Assembly: GCA_035647435.1 (NCBI GenBank)
Contig: DASRNM010000014.1
Coordinates: 1-55,549, forward strand
From: Clostridia bacterium
GTDB lineage: Bacteria; Bacillota; Clostridia; Oscillospirales; Acutalibacteraceae
Direction of reading: 5' to 3'
DNA length: 55,549 nucleotides
In this document: positions 35,305 to 43,471 of the stretch, in pieces
How the letters are laid out: the number at the start of each line of letters is the position of its first letter
Position numbering within the stretch: the stretch's first letter is position 1
The notes under the pieces: generated by a model
Database searches by the model: none
Told to the model about the DNA's origin: nothing
The model's input: the letters and a program-made list of their open reading frames with translations, nothing else
Made by a program: the position numbers and the translations under genes

Positions 35305-37023
35305 ATGCAAGAAAGATATAACCAGCAAAACAACAGTTATTACAACAAGGCAAACGGCATAACAACTGAAAATATTGATATTGCGAAAATGGGCAAGGCT
35401 CTTTTTCAACGGCTCTGGGCGATTATTCTTATTGGTATAGTTTTAGCCGGGAGTTTCTTTATCTATGCAAAGGTAAGGTATGTGCCGGTTTACGCATCAT
35501 CGGCAATGCTTGGCTTTACAACGACTAAGCAGATAACCTACTATGAGCAAGACAAAGATGGCGAGGTTGTTGCATCTTATGAAGAGAGCACAGGGTGGTA
35601 TACTTCAAGTGACATTGAAAGATATCAGCTTTTGTTAGTAACGGGCGATGAAATGATATCCAACATATATGATTCGCTTAAAAACCTGTATGACGAGGGC
35701 GAGATTTCGCGGCAATACTCAAGGGGCGAGATATCGAATTCGTTAACAATAACAGGCGCTAACGTTACTGGGATATTCGACATAAGAGTTTCTCATATTG
35801 AAAGGGAATTTTGTGAAAACACAATAAATGTTGTTATCTCAACATATCCGGATTTTTTGAAATCATTTGACACCACCCTTGGTGTCGATGTAATAAAGGC
35901 GCCGACTGCACCTGTAATAAGCAACCATGACGGTGCTGCAAGAATGGCGTTTTACGGGTTTGCTATTGGTGTTGCTATTGTTTGCGCAATGATATTTGCG
36001 ACCGAAATGCTGACTGATACCGTCAGAAGCGTTGATGATGTGCGCAATAAAACAATTGCAAAATTGCTCGGTGCAGTTCCGCTCATTGAGGCTTCAAACA
36101 AAAGGCTGTTCGGGAAGCGAAGAATCAGGCAGGGGCTACTTATCACCGACGAAAGCTCTGTAAACTTTGCGTTTATTGAAACATTTAAATCGATAAGAAC
36201 TAAAATCGAAAATCTGGCTGCTGAAAAATCGTTTAAAACCTTTATGGTTACCAGTACCTTTGAGGATGAGGGCAAGACAACAGTTGCGGCAAACATTTCT
36301 ATTGCTCTTGCACAAAAAGGCAAGTCGGTTTTGCTTGTTGACTGTGATATGAGAAAGCCGGCAATTCTCAAAACACTTGGGTTAAAAGAAACGGACGAGT
36401 TTGGGCTGATTCCAATTATCAAAGGCGAGTCCACTTATGCCGAATCAATTAAATATATAAAATCCATTGGTGTTTTTGTGCTCTCGTCAGGCGGTTACAC
36501 AATGAAATCCACAGAAATGCTTGACGTTGACAAGGTTAAAGACGTTTTTGACCAGGCTCGCGAGGAGTTTGACTATATTATTATAGATACCCCTCCGGCG
36601 AGAGTTGTAACCGACGCAATGGTTATCGCTCCGCTTGTCGATTCATTGGTATTTGCTGTTAGAAGTGACTATGCAAAGATTAACCACATTAACGATACGA
36701 TTGAGGAGCTGACAGCTTCTGATGTTGAGGTTGCGGGTGTTATTCTCACAATGGCAGGCAGCGACGCAACTTCAAAATATTACAGTAGGAAGAGCTATAA
36801 ATACCGCAGGTATTACAGCCGCTACGGATACGGAAGATATGGCTACGGTTACGGTGGAAAATACGGTGGATACGGTAATTACGGCTACGGCTATGGTTAC
36901 GGTTATGGCTATGGTGATGGTTACGGTTATAGTGACGGTTACGGTTACGGCGAAAAAAATAAAAAGAAGAAAAAAGAAATCAAAGAAGCAAGTAACGGTG
37001 ACAAGAATACCAAAAACAAATAG
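35305..37023 (+). CDS. Fused Wzz-type chain-length modulator / BY-family protein tyrosine kinase with an extended Gly-Tyr-rich C-terminal tail
   Basis: TM1 LWAIILIGIVLAGSFFIYA, an extracytoplasmic segment, and TM2 FYGFAIGVAIVCAMIFATEML. Then Walker A FEDEGKTT, A' LLVDCDMRKP and B YIIIDTPPA. Tail: YYSRKSYKYRRYYSRYGYGRYGYGYGGKYGGYGNYGYGYGYGYGYGDGYGYSDGYGYG followed by a Lys-rich end. Confidence 0.85.
   Translation: MQERYNQQNNSYYNKANGITTENIDIAKMGKALFQRLWAIILIGIVLAGSFFIYAKVRYVPVYASSAMLGFTTTKQITYYEQDKDGEVVASYEESTGWYTSSDIERYQLLLVTGDEMISNIYDSLKNLYDEGEISRQYSRGEISNSLTITGANVTGIFDIRVSHIEREFCENTINVVISTYPDFLKSFDTTLGVDVIKAPTAPVISNHDGAARMAFYGFAIGVAIVCAMIFATEMLTDTVRSVDDVRNKTIAKLLGAVPLIEASNKRLFGKRRIRQGLLITDESSVNFAFIETFKSIRTKIENLAAEKSFKTFMVTSTFEDEGKTTVAANISIALAQKGKSVLLVDCDMRKPAILKTLGLKETDEFGLIPIIKGESTYAESIKYIKSIGVFVLSSGGYTMKSTEMLDVDKVKDVFDQAREEFDYIIIDTPPARVVTDAMVIAPLVDSLVFAVRSDYAKINHINDTIEELTASDVEVAGVILTMAGSDATSKYYSRKSYKYRRYYSRYGYGRYGYGYGGKYGGYGNYGYGYGYGYGYGDGYGYSDGYGYGEKNKKKKKEIKEASNGDKNTKNK
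36821..36951 (+). repeat. Imperfect tandem hexanucleotide (GGY TAY)n array encoding the (Gly-Tyr)n tail
   Basis: Runs of tacgg/tatgg units read directly from the sequence: ggctacggttacggt...ggctacggctatggttacggttatggctatggt...ggttacggttacggc. Confidence 0.85.
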
Positions 37024-37059
37024 TTTTGACGGAATATTATTGTATAAGAGATGATTTGA

Positions 37060-38202
37060 TTGCAAAAGCGAATATTTCTCTCTCCTCCCAAATTGAATGG
37101 CAGAGAGATAGAGTTTGTTAACAAGGCGTTTGAAGAAAATTGGATTGCACCCTGCGGCCCGAACCTGACGGCGTTTGAGGACGAGATATGTCGCTACAAT
37201 GGCATAGGCTATGCTGTTGCTATGTCCTCAGGGACGGCTGCAATGCACCTTGCACTGAAATATGTTGGTGTGGAGCAAGGGGATACGGTTTTTTGCTCAG
37301 ATTTAACATTTTCGGGCAGTTGCAACCCTGTGCTGTACCAAGGAGCAAGGCTTGTTTTAATTGATTCTGAAGAAGAAAGCTTTAACATGAGCCCCACTGC
37401 ACTTGAAAAAGCTTTTGTTTCTGCACAAAAAAGCAACGAGCTTCCAAGGGCGGTTATTATCGTTGACTTATACGGTCAAAGTGCTGATTATGATAAGCTT
37501 TTGCCCATATGCGAAAAGTATGGTGTCCCCGTTATAGAGGACGCAGCAGAGGCTCTCGGTGCGGAATATAAGGGGAAAAAATGTGGCAAGTTTGGCTATA
37601 TTTCGGTGTTTTCATTTAATGGAAATAAAATTATCACAACTTCTGGCGGTGGCATGGCTGTTTCCGATGATGAAAACGCAACAACAAAAATAAACTTTTG
37701 GGCAAATCAATCCAAAGAAAAAGCGAATTACTATTTACACAATGAGATTGGCTACAATTATAGAATGTCGAATATTTCTGCTGGTATCGGGAGGGGACAA
37801 CTTATAACCATTGAAGAGAACATAAACCGACGAAAAGAAATATTTGAATTTTATCAAAAGAGTTTCAGGAATTTGCCAATAACAATGCAGCCCATCCTTG
37901 AAGGTGCAAAGCCTAACTACTGGCTTTCGGTGTTGATGATTGACGATGATTGCAAAACCATACCTGACGATGTAATCAATGCCCTTGAGAAGGACAACAT
38001 TGAGGCGCGGCGCGCGTGGAATCCCATGCACTGCCAACCGATTTTTAAAGATTGTGAGTTTTTTGCTCACTATGATAATGCAAGTGTTTCGCGTCATGTT
38101 TTTGACAAGGGGATTTGTATGCCGAGCGGTTCTCAAATGACTCAAGAGGACTTAGAAAGGGTTACTTCGGCGTTTATTGGGGCATTTAATACAAAAACAT
38201 AA
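37060..38202 (+). CDS. DegT/DnrJ/EryC1/StrS-family PLP-dependent sugar aminotransferase (PglE/WcfR-like)
   Basis: SSGTAAMHLAL, DAAEALGA, and FSFNGNKIITTSGGGM (catalytic Lys region). TTG start with a weak RBS. Confidence 0.85.
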   Translation: MQKRIFLSPPKLNGREIEFVNKAFEENWIAPCGPNLTAFEDEICRYNGIGYAVAMSSGTAAMHLALKYVGVEQGDTVFCSDLTFSGSCNPVLYQGARLVLIDSEEESFNMSPTALEKAFVSAQKSNELPRAVIIVDLYGQSADYDKLLPICEKYGVPVIEDAAEALGAEYKGKKCGKFGYISVFSFNGNKIITTSGGGMAVSDDENATTKINFWANQSKEKANYYLHNEIGYNYRMSNISAGIGRGQLITIEENINRRKEIFEFYQKSFRNLPITMQPILEGAKPNYWLSVLMIDDDCKTIPDDVINALEKDNIEARRAWNPMHCQPIFKDCEFFAHYDNASVSRHVFDKGICMPSGSQMTQEDLERVTSAFIGAFNTKT

Positions 38203-38208
38203 AAAAAC

Positions 38209-38251
38209 TTGGTTTGCAACAAAAAAGTTTCAAAAAATGCTTGCAAACCAA
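38209..38251. promoter_or_regulatory. 11-bp perfect inverted repeat spanning the EPS-locus / S10-operon junction
   Basis: TTGGTTTGCAA (38209-38219) and TTGCAAACCAA (38241-38251), 21 nt apart. The right arm contains the S10 -35 hexamer. Confidence 0.5.
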
Positions 38252-38269
38252 TTAATATTGTGATATTAT
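38241..38269 (+). promoter_or_regulatory. Sigma-A type promoter of the S10 ribosomal protein operon
   Basis: TTGCAA (38241-38246), a 17-nt spacer, then TATTAT (38264-38269). Confidence 0.6.
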
Positions 38270-38275
38270 TTCAAA

Positions 38276-38593
38276 GCACGTGATTTAGCGTGCCTATTTT
38301 AGATATGCGTTGATGTGGTAGGTGGCTGCTCTAGAAGCAGGAAATTACCACGGAGTATGTCCGATTCGAAAACCGGGCGAAAAAATCACTTGAATTGTAT
38401 TAGTGACACTTCCCTTGTGTCTATGATTGATTCAGGAGTGTGCTAGAACTTGCACAAACCCGGAAAATGTCCGGGTTTTAAAAACCGGGCAAAAGAAACA
38501 CCCGGGGCAGTGGTAAGATTTTAGCAGTGCCCGCCAAAATTTAGAGGCATGAACCTTAAAAGTTGCCTCAATTAAAAGAAAGGCGTGACGAAA
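38276..38593 (+). promoter_or_regulatory. Long structured 5' leader of the S10 operon with a terminator-like hairpin and competing CCGGG pairings
   Basis: No credible ORF. Hairpins: GCACG/CGTGC (38276-38293), GTGGTA...TACCAC (38315-38351), AAACCCGGA-aaatg-TCCGGGTTT (38456-38478) followed by TAAAAA, and GAGGCA...TGCCTC (38545-38570). The repeated module ATGTCCG...AAAACCGGGC occurs at about 38357 and about 38467. Confidence 0.55.
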
Positions 38594-38905
38594 ATGGCAG
38601 TTAAAGGGAAAATCAGAATCAGACTTAAGGGCTATGATCACAGTCTTGTTGACAAATCGGCAGAGAAAATTGTTGAGACTGCAAAGCGTACAGGCTCACA
38701 GGTTTCCGGACCTGTTCCTCTTCCGACAGAAAAAGAGATCATCACAGTCCTTCGAGCAGTTCACAAGTATAAGGATTCCCGCGAACAGTTCGAACAGCGT
38801 ACACACAAAAGGCTTATTGATATCCTGAGACCCACACAGAAAACAGTTGAGGCTCTCACAGGGCTTGAGCTTCCCGCAGGCGTTGAAATTGAAATTAAAA
38901 TCTAA
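38594..38905 (+). CDS. rpsJ: 30S ribosomal protein S10
   Basis: [20 protein letters not shown]... ATG 38594 is preferred over the ORF-track GTG at 38585. Confidence 0.95.
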   Translation: MAVKGKIRIRLKGYDHSLVDKSAEKIVETAKRTGSQVSGPVPLPTEKEIITVLRAVHKYKDSREQFEQRTHKRLIDILRPTQKTVEALTGLELPAGVEIEIKI

Positions 38906-38999
38906 CTCTTTATACATTATATATAAGGAATATGATGCATTGCACGCCGCAGGTCAAGTTGGCAAAATGGCCAACCAATAACTTGAAGGAGGAAAGGAA

Positions 39000-39632
39000 A
39001 TGAAAAAAGGTCTAATCGGCAAAAAAATCGGAATGACACAGGTTTTTGACGAAAAGGGCAATGTAGTGCCTGTAACTGTAGTTGAAGCCGGACCTTGTAC
39101 GGTTGTCATGAAGAAGACAATCGAAAACGATGGCTATGAAGCAGTTCAAATCGGCTTTGGTAATATCAATGTCAACAATGTCAAGAAACCCCTCAAGGGT
39201 CACTTTGACAAAGTAGGCGTTGCACCGAGAAGAACGCTTGGCGAGTTCAGGCTTGAAGATTCGAGCAACATCAATGAAGGCGACATTTTAAAGGTCGACA
39301 TTTTCGAAGTCGGTGAGCCGGTTGATGTTACCGGGACAAGCAAAGGTAAGGGAACTGCCGGTGTCATCAAAAGATGGAATTACGGAAGAATGAAAGAAAC
39401 TCATGGCACGGCTTCCAATGTAAGGCATGCAGGCTCTTTGGGCGCAGCAAGCGACCCTTCCAGAGTCGCTAAGGGAAAAGAAATGGCAGGCCACATGGGT
39501 CACGAAAGAGTTACCGTTATGAACCTAAGTGTAGTAAAGGTTGATGTTGAAAACAACCTTATAGCTATTAAAGGAGCAATTCCTGGCCCTAAAGGCGGTA
39601 TAGTTATTATAAGAGACAGCAATAAAGCGTAG
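39000..39632 (+). CDS. rplC: 50S ribosomal protein L3
   Basis: [33 protein letters not shown]; RBS GGAGG. Confidence 0.95.
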   Translation: MKKGLIGKKIGMTQVFDEKGNVVPVTVVEAGPCTVVMKKTIENDGYEAVQIGFGNINVNNVKKPLKGHFDKVGVAPRRTLGEFRLEDSSNINEGDILKVDIFEVGEPVDVTGTSKGKGTAGVIKRWNYGRMKETHGTASNVRHAGSLGAASDPSRVAKGKEMAGHMGHERVTVMNLSVVKVDVENNLIAIKGAIPGPKGGIVIIRDSNKA

Positions 39633-39648
39633 AAAGGAGTAGAAAATA

Positions 39649-40272
39649 ATGCCAAACGTATCAGTATTTGACACAAAAGGCAAGAAGGTTTCTGAAATAG
39701 AGCTTTCTGAAGGTGTCTTCGGTATAGAGCCTAACGTATCGGCAATGCACCTGTGCGTGGTAAATTACCTCGCAAACCAGCGACAGGGTACACAATCTAC
39801 CCTTACACGCAGCGAAGTAAGAGGCGGCGGCAGGAAGCCGTGGCGTCAAAAGGGCACAGGTCGTGCAAGACAAGGTTCCACAAGAGCCCCTCAATGGACA
39901 CATGGCGGCATTGCACATGGCCCCAAGCCACGTGATTACGGTTTTAGTATTAACAAAAAAGTCAGGAGACTTGCATTGAAGTCTGCTTTATCTTCAAAGG
40001 TTGCAGATGAAGAAATAATTGTCCTTGACAAAATCGCTCTTGAATCAATCAAGACAAAAGAGGTTGTTAATATTCTCAATGCTCTTGAAGTAGGCAAAAA
40101 GACATTGATAGTGCTTCCTGAAAAGGATGAAATCGTTTACAGAAGTGCTCGAAACATTGTGGGTGTTAAGACAACCCTTGTCAATACACTTAATATTTAC
40201 GACATCCTTAATTGCGACACAATGATTGTTCTCAAGGATGCAGTCAGCAAAATTGAGGAGGTATATGCATGA
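39649..40272 (+). CDS. rplD: 50S ribosomal protein L4
   Basis: [25 protein letters not shown] motif; position after rplC. Confidence 0.95.
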   Translation: MPNVSVFDTKGKKVSEIELSEGVFGIEPNVSAMHLCVVNYLANQRQGTQSTLTRSEVRGGGRKPWRQKGTGRARQGSTRAPQWTHGGIAHGPKPRDYGFSINKKVRRLALKSALSSKVADEEIIVLDKIALESIKTKEVVNILNALEVGKKTLIVLPEKDEIVYRSARNIVGVKTTLVNTLNIYDILNCDTMIVLKDAVSKIEEVYA

Positions 40273-40562
40273 AAGCAGCACAAGATATAGTCCTCCGTCC
40301 AATCATCACTGAGGAAAGTATGCAAGGAATAGCTGATAAAAAATACGTATTTAGGGTAGCCACCGACGCAAATAAGATTGAAATTGCGCAAGCGGTTGAA
40401 GAACTTTTCAAAGTAAAAGTTGCAAAGGTAAACACAATCAATGTCAGTGGTAAGCTTCGAAGATATGGTCGTTTTGAGGGCTACACACAGGCGTGGAAAA
40501 AAGCTATTGTAACGCTAACAAATGATTCAAAGACAATCGAATTCTTTGACGGAATTCTGTAA
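40269..40562 (+). CDS. rplW: 50S ribosomal protein L23
   Basis: [13 protein letters not shown]..., ...VKVAKVNT; ATGA overlap with rplD. Confidence 0.93.
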   Translation: MKAAQDIVLRPIITEESMQGIADKKYVFRVATDANKIEIAQAVEELFKVKVAKVNTINVSGKLRRYGRFEGYTQAWKKAIVTLTNDSKTIEFFDGIL

Positions 40563-40648
40563 TTTGCTTTAAATAGCATCCAAATCATATGGCGGTAAGG
40601 TATGGAGAGTGACATGCTCCGCAAAGCTGCCGTAAGGAGAGTGAAAAA

Positions 40649-41482
40649 ATGTCAATCAAAATCTACAATCCGACAACTAATGCAAGGCGGGAGATGTCGG
40701 TTTCGGATTATTCCGAGCTTTCCAAGAAAGGGCCCGAGAGAAGCTTGCTAACAACGCTAAGCAATAACTCTGGCAGGAATAATTACGGAAGAATAACTGT
40801 TCGCCACCGCGGTGGAGCTAACAGAAGAAAATATCGTATTATTGATTTTAAACGCAATAAATTAGATATGAAAGCAACTGTTATGTCATTAGAATATGAC
40901 CCCAACCGCTCTGCACATATTGCCCTTGTTAAGTATGAAGACGGTGAAAAAAGATATATCATCGCACCTTCAGGCTTAAAGGTTGGCGACACGATTTTTG
41001 CAGGCCCTGATGCGGATATCAAAACAGGCAACGCATTGCCTCTTTTGAATATTCCCACAGGTACAACCATTCACAATGTTGAGCTTTACCCAGGCAGAGG
41101 CGGTCAGCTTGCAAGATCGGCAGGAAACTCCGCACAGTTGATGGCTAAAGAAGGCAAATACGCACTTTTGCGTTTGCCCTCAGGCGAGATTAGAAAAGTG
41201 CCTTCAAATTGCATGGCAACGATAGGCCAAGTTGGAAATATTGAGCATGAGAATGTTCAAATAGGCAAGGCCGGGCGTAAGCGCCATATGGGTTGGAGAC
41301 CTAGCGTAAGAGGTTCTGCAATGAACCCGAACGATCACCCACATGGTGGTGGTGAGGGCAAGTGCCCAATCGGTATGCCAAGTCCAGTTACCCCTTGGGG
41401 TAAGCCTACTCTTGGCTACAAGACTCGTAGCAAGAAAAAGGCATCTAGCAACCTTATAGTAAGTCGCCGTAATGGTAAATAA
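40649..41482 (+). CDS. rplB: 50S ribosomal protein L2
   Basis: [28 protein letters not shown] and [13 protein letters not shown]. Confidence 0.96.
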   Translation: MSIKIYNPTTNARREMSVSDYSELSKKGPERSLLTTLSNNSGRNNYGRITVRHRGGANRRKYRIIDFKRNKLDMKATVMSLEYDPNRSAHIALVKYEDGEKRYIIAPSGLKVGDTIFAGPDADIKTGNALPLLNIPTGTTIHNVELYPGRGGQLARSAGNSAQLMAKEGKYALLRLPSGEIRKVPSNCMATIGQVGNIEHENVQIGKAGRKRHMGWRPSVRGSAMNPNDHPHGGGEGKCPIGMPSPVTPWGKPTLGYKTRSKKKASSNLIVSRRNGK

Positions 41483-41499
41483 GAAAGGAGCGAAGAATA

Positions 41500-41778
41500 A
41501 TGGGCAGAAGCGTTAAAAAAGGACCTTTTGTACTAGAATCGCTGTTTAAGAAAGTTGTTGAGATGAACAACAGCGGAAATAAGAAGGTTCTTAAGACATG
41601 GAGCCGTAGCTCCACAATATTTCCTGAATTTGTCGGCCATACCTTCGCTGTTCATGATGGACGCAAACACGTCCCTGTTTATGTAACAGAGGATATGGTT
41701 GGTCATAAACTTGGTGAATTTGCACCGACCCGTTTGTTTAGGGGTCATTCAGGTTCAAAAACCACAGGAGAAAGATAA
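41500..41778 (+). CDS. rpsS: 30S ribosomal protein S19
   Basis: [11 protein letters not shown]...[35 protein letters not shown]. Confidence 0.96.
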   Translation: MGRSVKKGPFVLESLFKKVVEMNNSGNKKVLKTWSRSSTIFPEFVGHTFAVHDGRKHVPVYVTEDMVGHKLGEFAPTRLFRGHSGSKTTGER

Positions 41779-41802
41779 TCGGTCGAAAGGAGTGTATAAA
41801 TT

Positions 41803-42138
41803 ATGCAGGCAACGGCAAAGGCAACCTTTATTAGAATAGCACCACGTAAGGTTCAAATTGTTTTAGATTTAATCCGTAACCAGCCTGTCGAAAAGGCAAT
41901 GGCTATTCTTAAATACACGCCCAAGGCCGCGTGTGAACCGCTGATTAAGCTTCTAAAATCAGCAATGGCAAACGCTGAAATGAATCATAATATGGATGTT
42001 TCAAGTCTTTATATTGCAGAATGCAGCGTTGGCCCAGGTCCTACCCTCAAGCGTATCAGACCGAGAGCACAGGGTAGAGCGTTCCGTATAAATAAGCGGA
42101 CATCGCATATAACTCTTGTACTCAAGGAAGCAGAATAA
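41803..42138 (+). CDS. rplV: 50S ribosomal protein L22
   Basis: [22 protein letters not shown]...[24 protein letters not shown]. Confidence 0.95.
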   Translation: MQATAKATFIRIAPRKVQIVLDLIRNQPVEKAMAILKYTPKAACEPLIKLLKSAMANAEMNHNMDVSSLYIAECSVGPGPTLKRIRPRAQGRAFRINKRTSHITLVLKEAE

Positions 42139-42157
42139 GCGAGGAGGAGGTAAAGAA

Positions 42158-42823
42158 ATGGGACAGAAAGTTAATCCAACCGGTTTTAGGGTGGGCATAA
42201 TTAAAGAATGGGAATCACGTTGGTATGCCAAAGACAAGCATTTTGGAGATACCCTTGTTGAAGACTACAATTTACGTAATTATTTGCTCAAGGTCCTTGC
42301 ACCTGCCGGTGTACCAAAGGTAGAAATTGAACGCGATTCAAAACGAGTATATATCAATATTCACTGTGCAAAGCCCGGAATGGTTATAGGCCGTGGCGGC
42401 TCAGAAATAGATAAACTCAAGAAAATTTGCGAAAAGAAATTGGGTAAAAGGGTTTCAATAAATATTGTTGAAATCAAACAGCCTGATCTCAACGCACAAC
42501 TTGTTGCTGAAAATATCGCAGCACAGCTCGTAAGGCGTGTGTCGTTCCGTCGTGCACTCAAACAAGCAATCGGACGCACAATGAAGCTTGGAGCAAAAGG
42601 TATTAAAACACAGGTTTCGGGCAGACTCGGTGGCGCTGAAATAGCGAGAACTGAGCATTACCATGAAGGAACTATCCCGCTGCAGACAATTAGAGCTGAT
42701 ATTGACTACGGTTTTGCTGAAGCAAAAACAACCTATGGTCGTATTGGTGTAAAGGTCTGGATTTACAGGGGCGAAATTCTTCATGATACCCGCAAGCCTC
42801 GTAGGGAAGGAGGCAATCGCTGA
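42158..42823 (+). CDS. rpsC: 30S ribosomal protein S3
   Basis: [24 protein letters not shown] after GAGGAGG; the ORF-track start at 42116 lies inside rplV. Confidence 0.95.
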   Translation: MGQKVNPTGFRVGIIKEWESRWYAKDKHFGDTLVEDYNLRNYLLKVLAPAGVPKVEIERDSKRVYINIHCAKPGMVIGRGGSEIDKLKKICEKKLGKRVSINIVEIKQPDLNAQLVAENIAAQLVRRVSFRRALKQAIGRTMKLGAKGIKTQVSGRLGGAEIARTEHYHEGTIPLQTIRADIDYGFAEAKTTYGRIGVKVWIYRGEILHDTRKPRREGGNR

Positions 42824-43248
42824 TGCTTTTACCAAAGCGTGTTAAATACCGCAAACAGCAAAGAGGTCGTATGGCCGGTAAAGCTACTCGCGGTAACAAA
42901 GTAAACTATGGTGAATACGGTCTTGCGGCTCTTGAGCCTGCATGGATTACCTCCAACCAGATTGAGGCTGCCCGTATTGCTATGACTCGCTACATTAAGC
43001 GTGGCGGTCAAGTTTGGATAAAGGTTTTTCCTGATAAGCCAATAACAGAAAAACCTGCTGAAACTCGAATGGGTTCCGGTAAAGGTGCCCCTGAGTATTG
43101 GGTTGCGGTTGTAAAGCCCGGCAAGGTTCTGTTTGAGATTGCCGGAGTTGATAAAGAATCCGCTGTAGAGGCAATGCGCCTTGCAGCAAACAAATTGCCA
43201 ATTAAATGTAAATTTGTAACTAAGGAAGAAACGGGTGGTGAGCAATAA
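42823..43248 (+). CDS. rplP: 50S ribosomal protein L16
   Basis: [25 protein letters not shown]. Confidence 0.96.
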   Translation: MLLPKRVKYRKQQRGRMAGKATRGNKVNYGEYGLAALEPAWITSNQIEAARIAMTRYIKRGGQVWIKVFPDKPITEKPAETRMGSGKGAPEYWVAVVKPGKVLFEIAGVDKESAVEAMRLAANKLPIKCKFVTKEETGGEQ

Positions 43249-43451
43249 TGAAAGCCAGTGAAATCAGAAAACTTTCTGCTAAAGAGCTGGATGCTAAGCT
43301 TCTTGAGTTGAAGGACGAGCTTTTTAAACTGCGCTTCCAGCAAGCCATTAACCAGCTCGACAACCCAATGCGAATAAGTGCCGTTAAAAAGGATATTGCC
43401 CGTATCAAAACGATACAACGTGATATCGAATTGCACGGCACCAACTCGTGA
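43248..43451 (+). CDS. rpmC: 50S ribosomal protein L29
   Basis: [31 protein letters not shown]. Confidence 0.94.
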   Translation: MKASEIRKLSAKELDAKLLELKDELFKLRFQQAINQLDNPMRISAVKKDIARIKTIQRDIELHGTNS

Positions 43452-43471
43452 GGAAAGGGAGGCCAAGTTCA

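Larger units (their letters stand above)
19337..38202 (+). other. Exopolysaccharide/capsule biosynthesis gene cluster (17 co-directional genes)
   Basis: Gene content is listed below. Intergenic gaps are minimal or overlapping. Composition is visibly AT-richer than the adjacent ribosomal cluster. Confidence 0.9.

Noticed and set aside
36722-37065. ORFs 36722-37054 (+) and 36772-37065 (-) that translate as VTVT/ITVT-type repeats
   Set aside because: They are alternative-frame and antisense readings of the (GGYTAY)n repeat inside the BY-kinase tail. They stay open only because the repeat lacks stop codons.
38280-38580. Possibility that the S10 leader is a tRNA, a T-box or a known riboswitch
   Set aside because: I found no cloverleaf with a GTTCGAATC-type T-arm. 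I also saw no T-box sequence (AATTAGGGTGGTACCGCG-like) and no motif I could match to a named riboswitch class, so it is reported only as an unclassified structured leader.
38432-38641. Minus-strand 69-aa ORF inside the S10 leader and rpsJ start
   Set aside because: It has no RBS, overlaps the rpsJ start in antisense, and the region is better explained as structured leader RNA.
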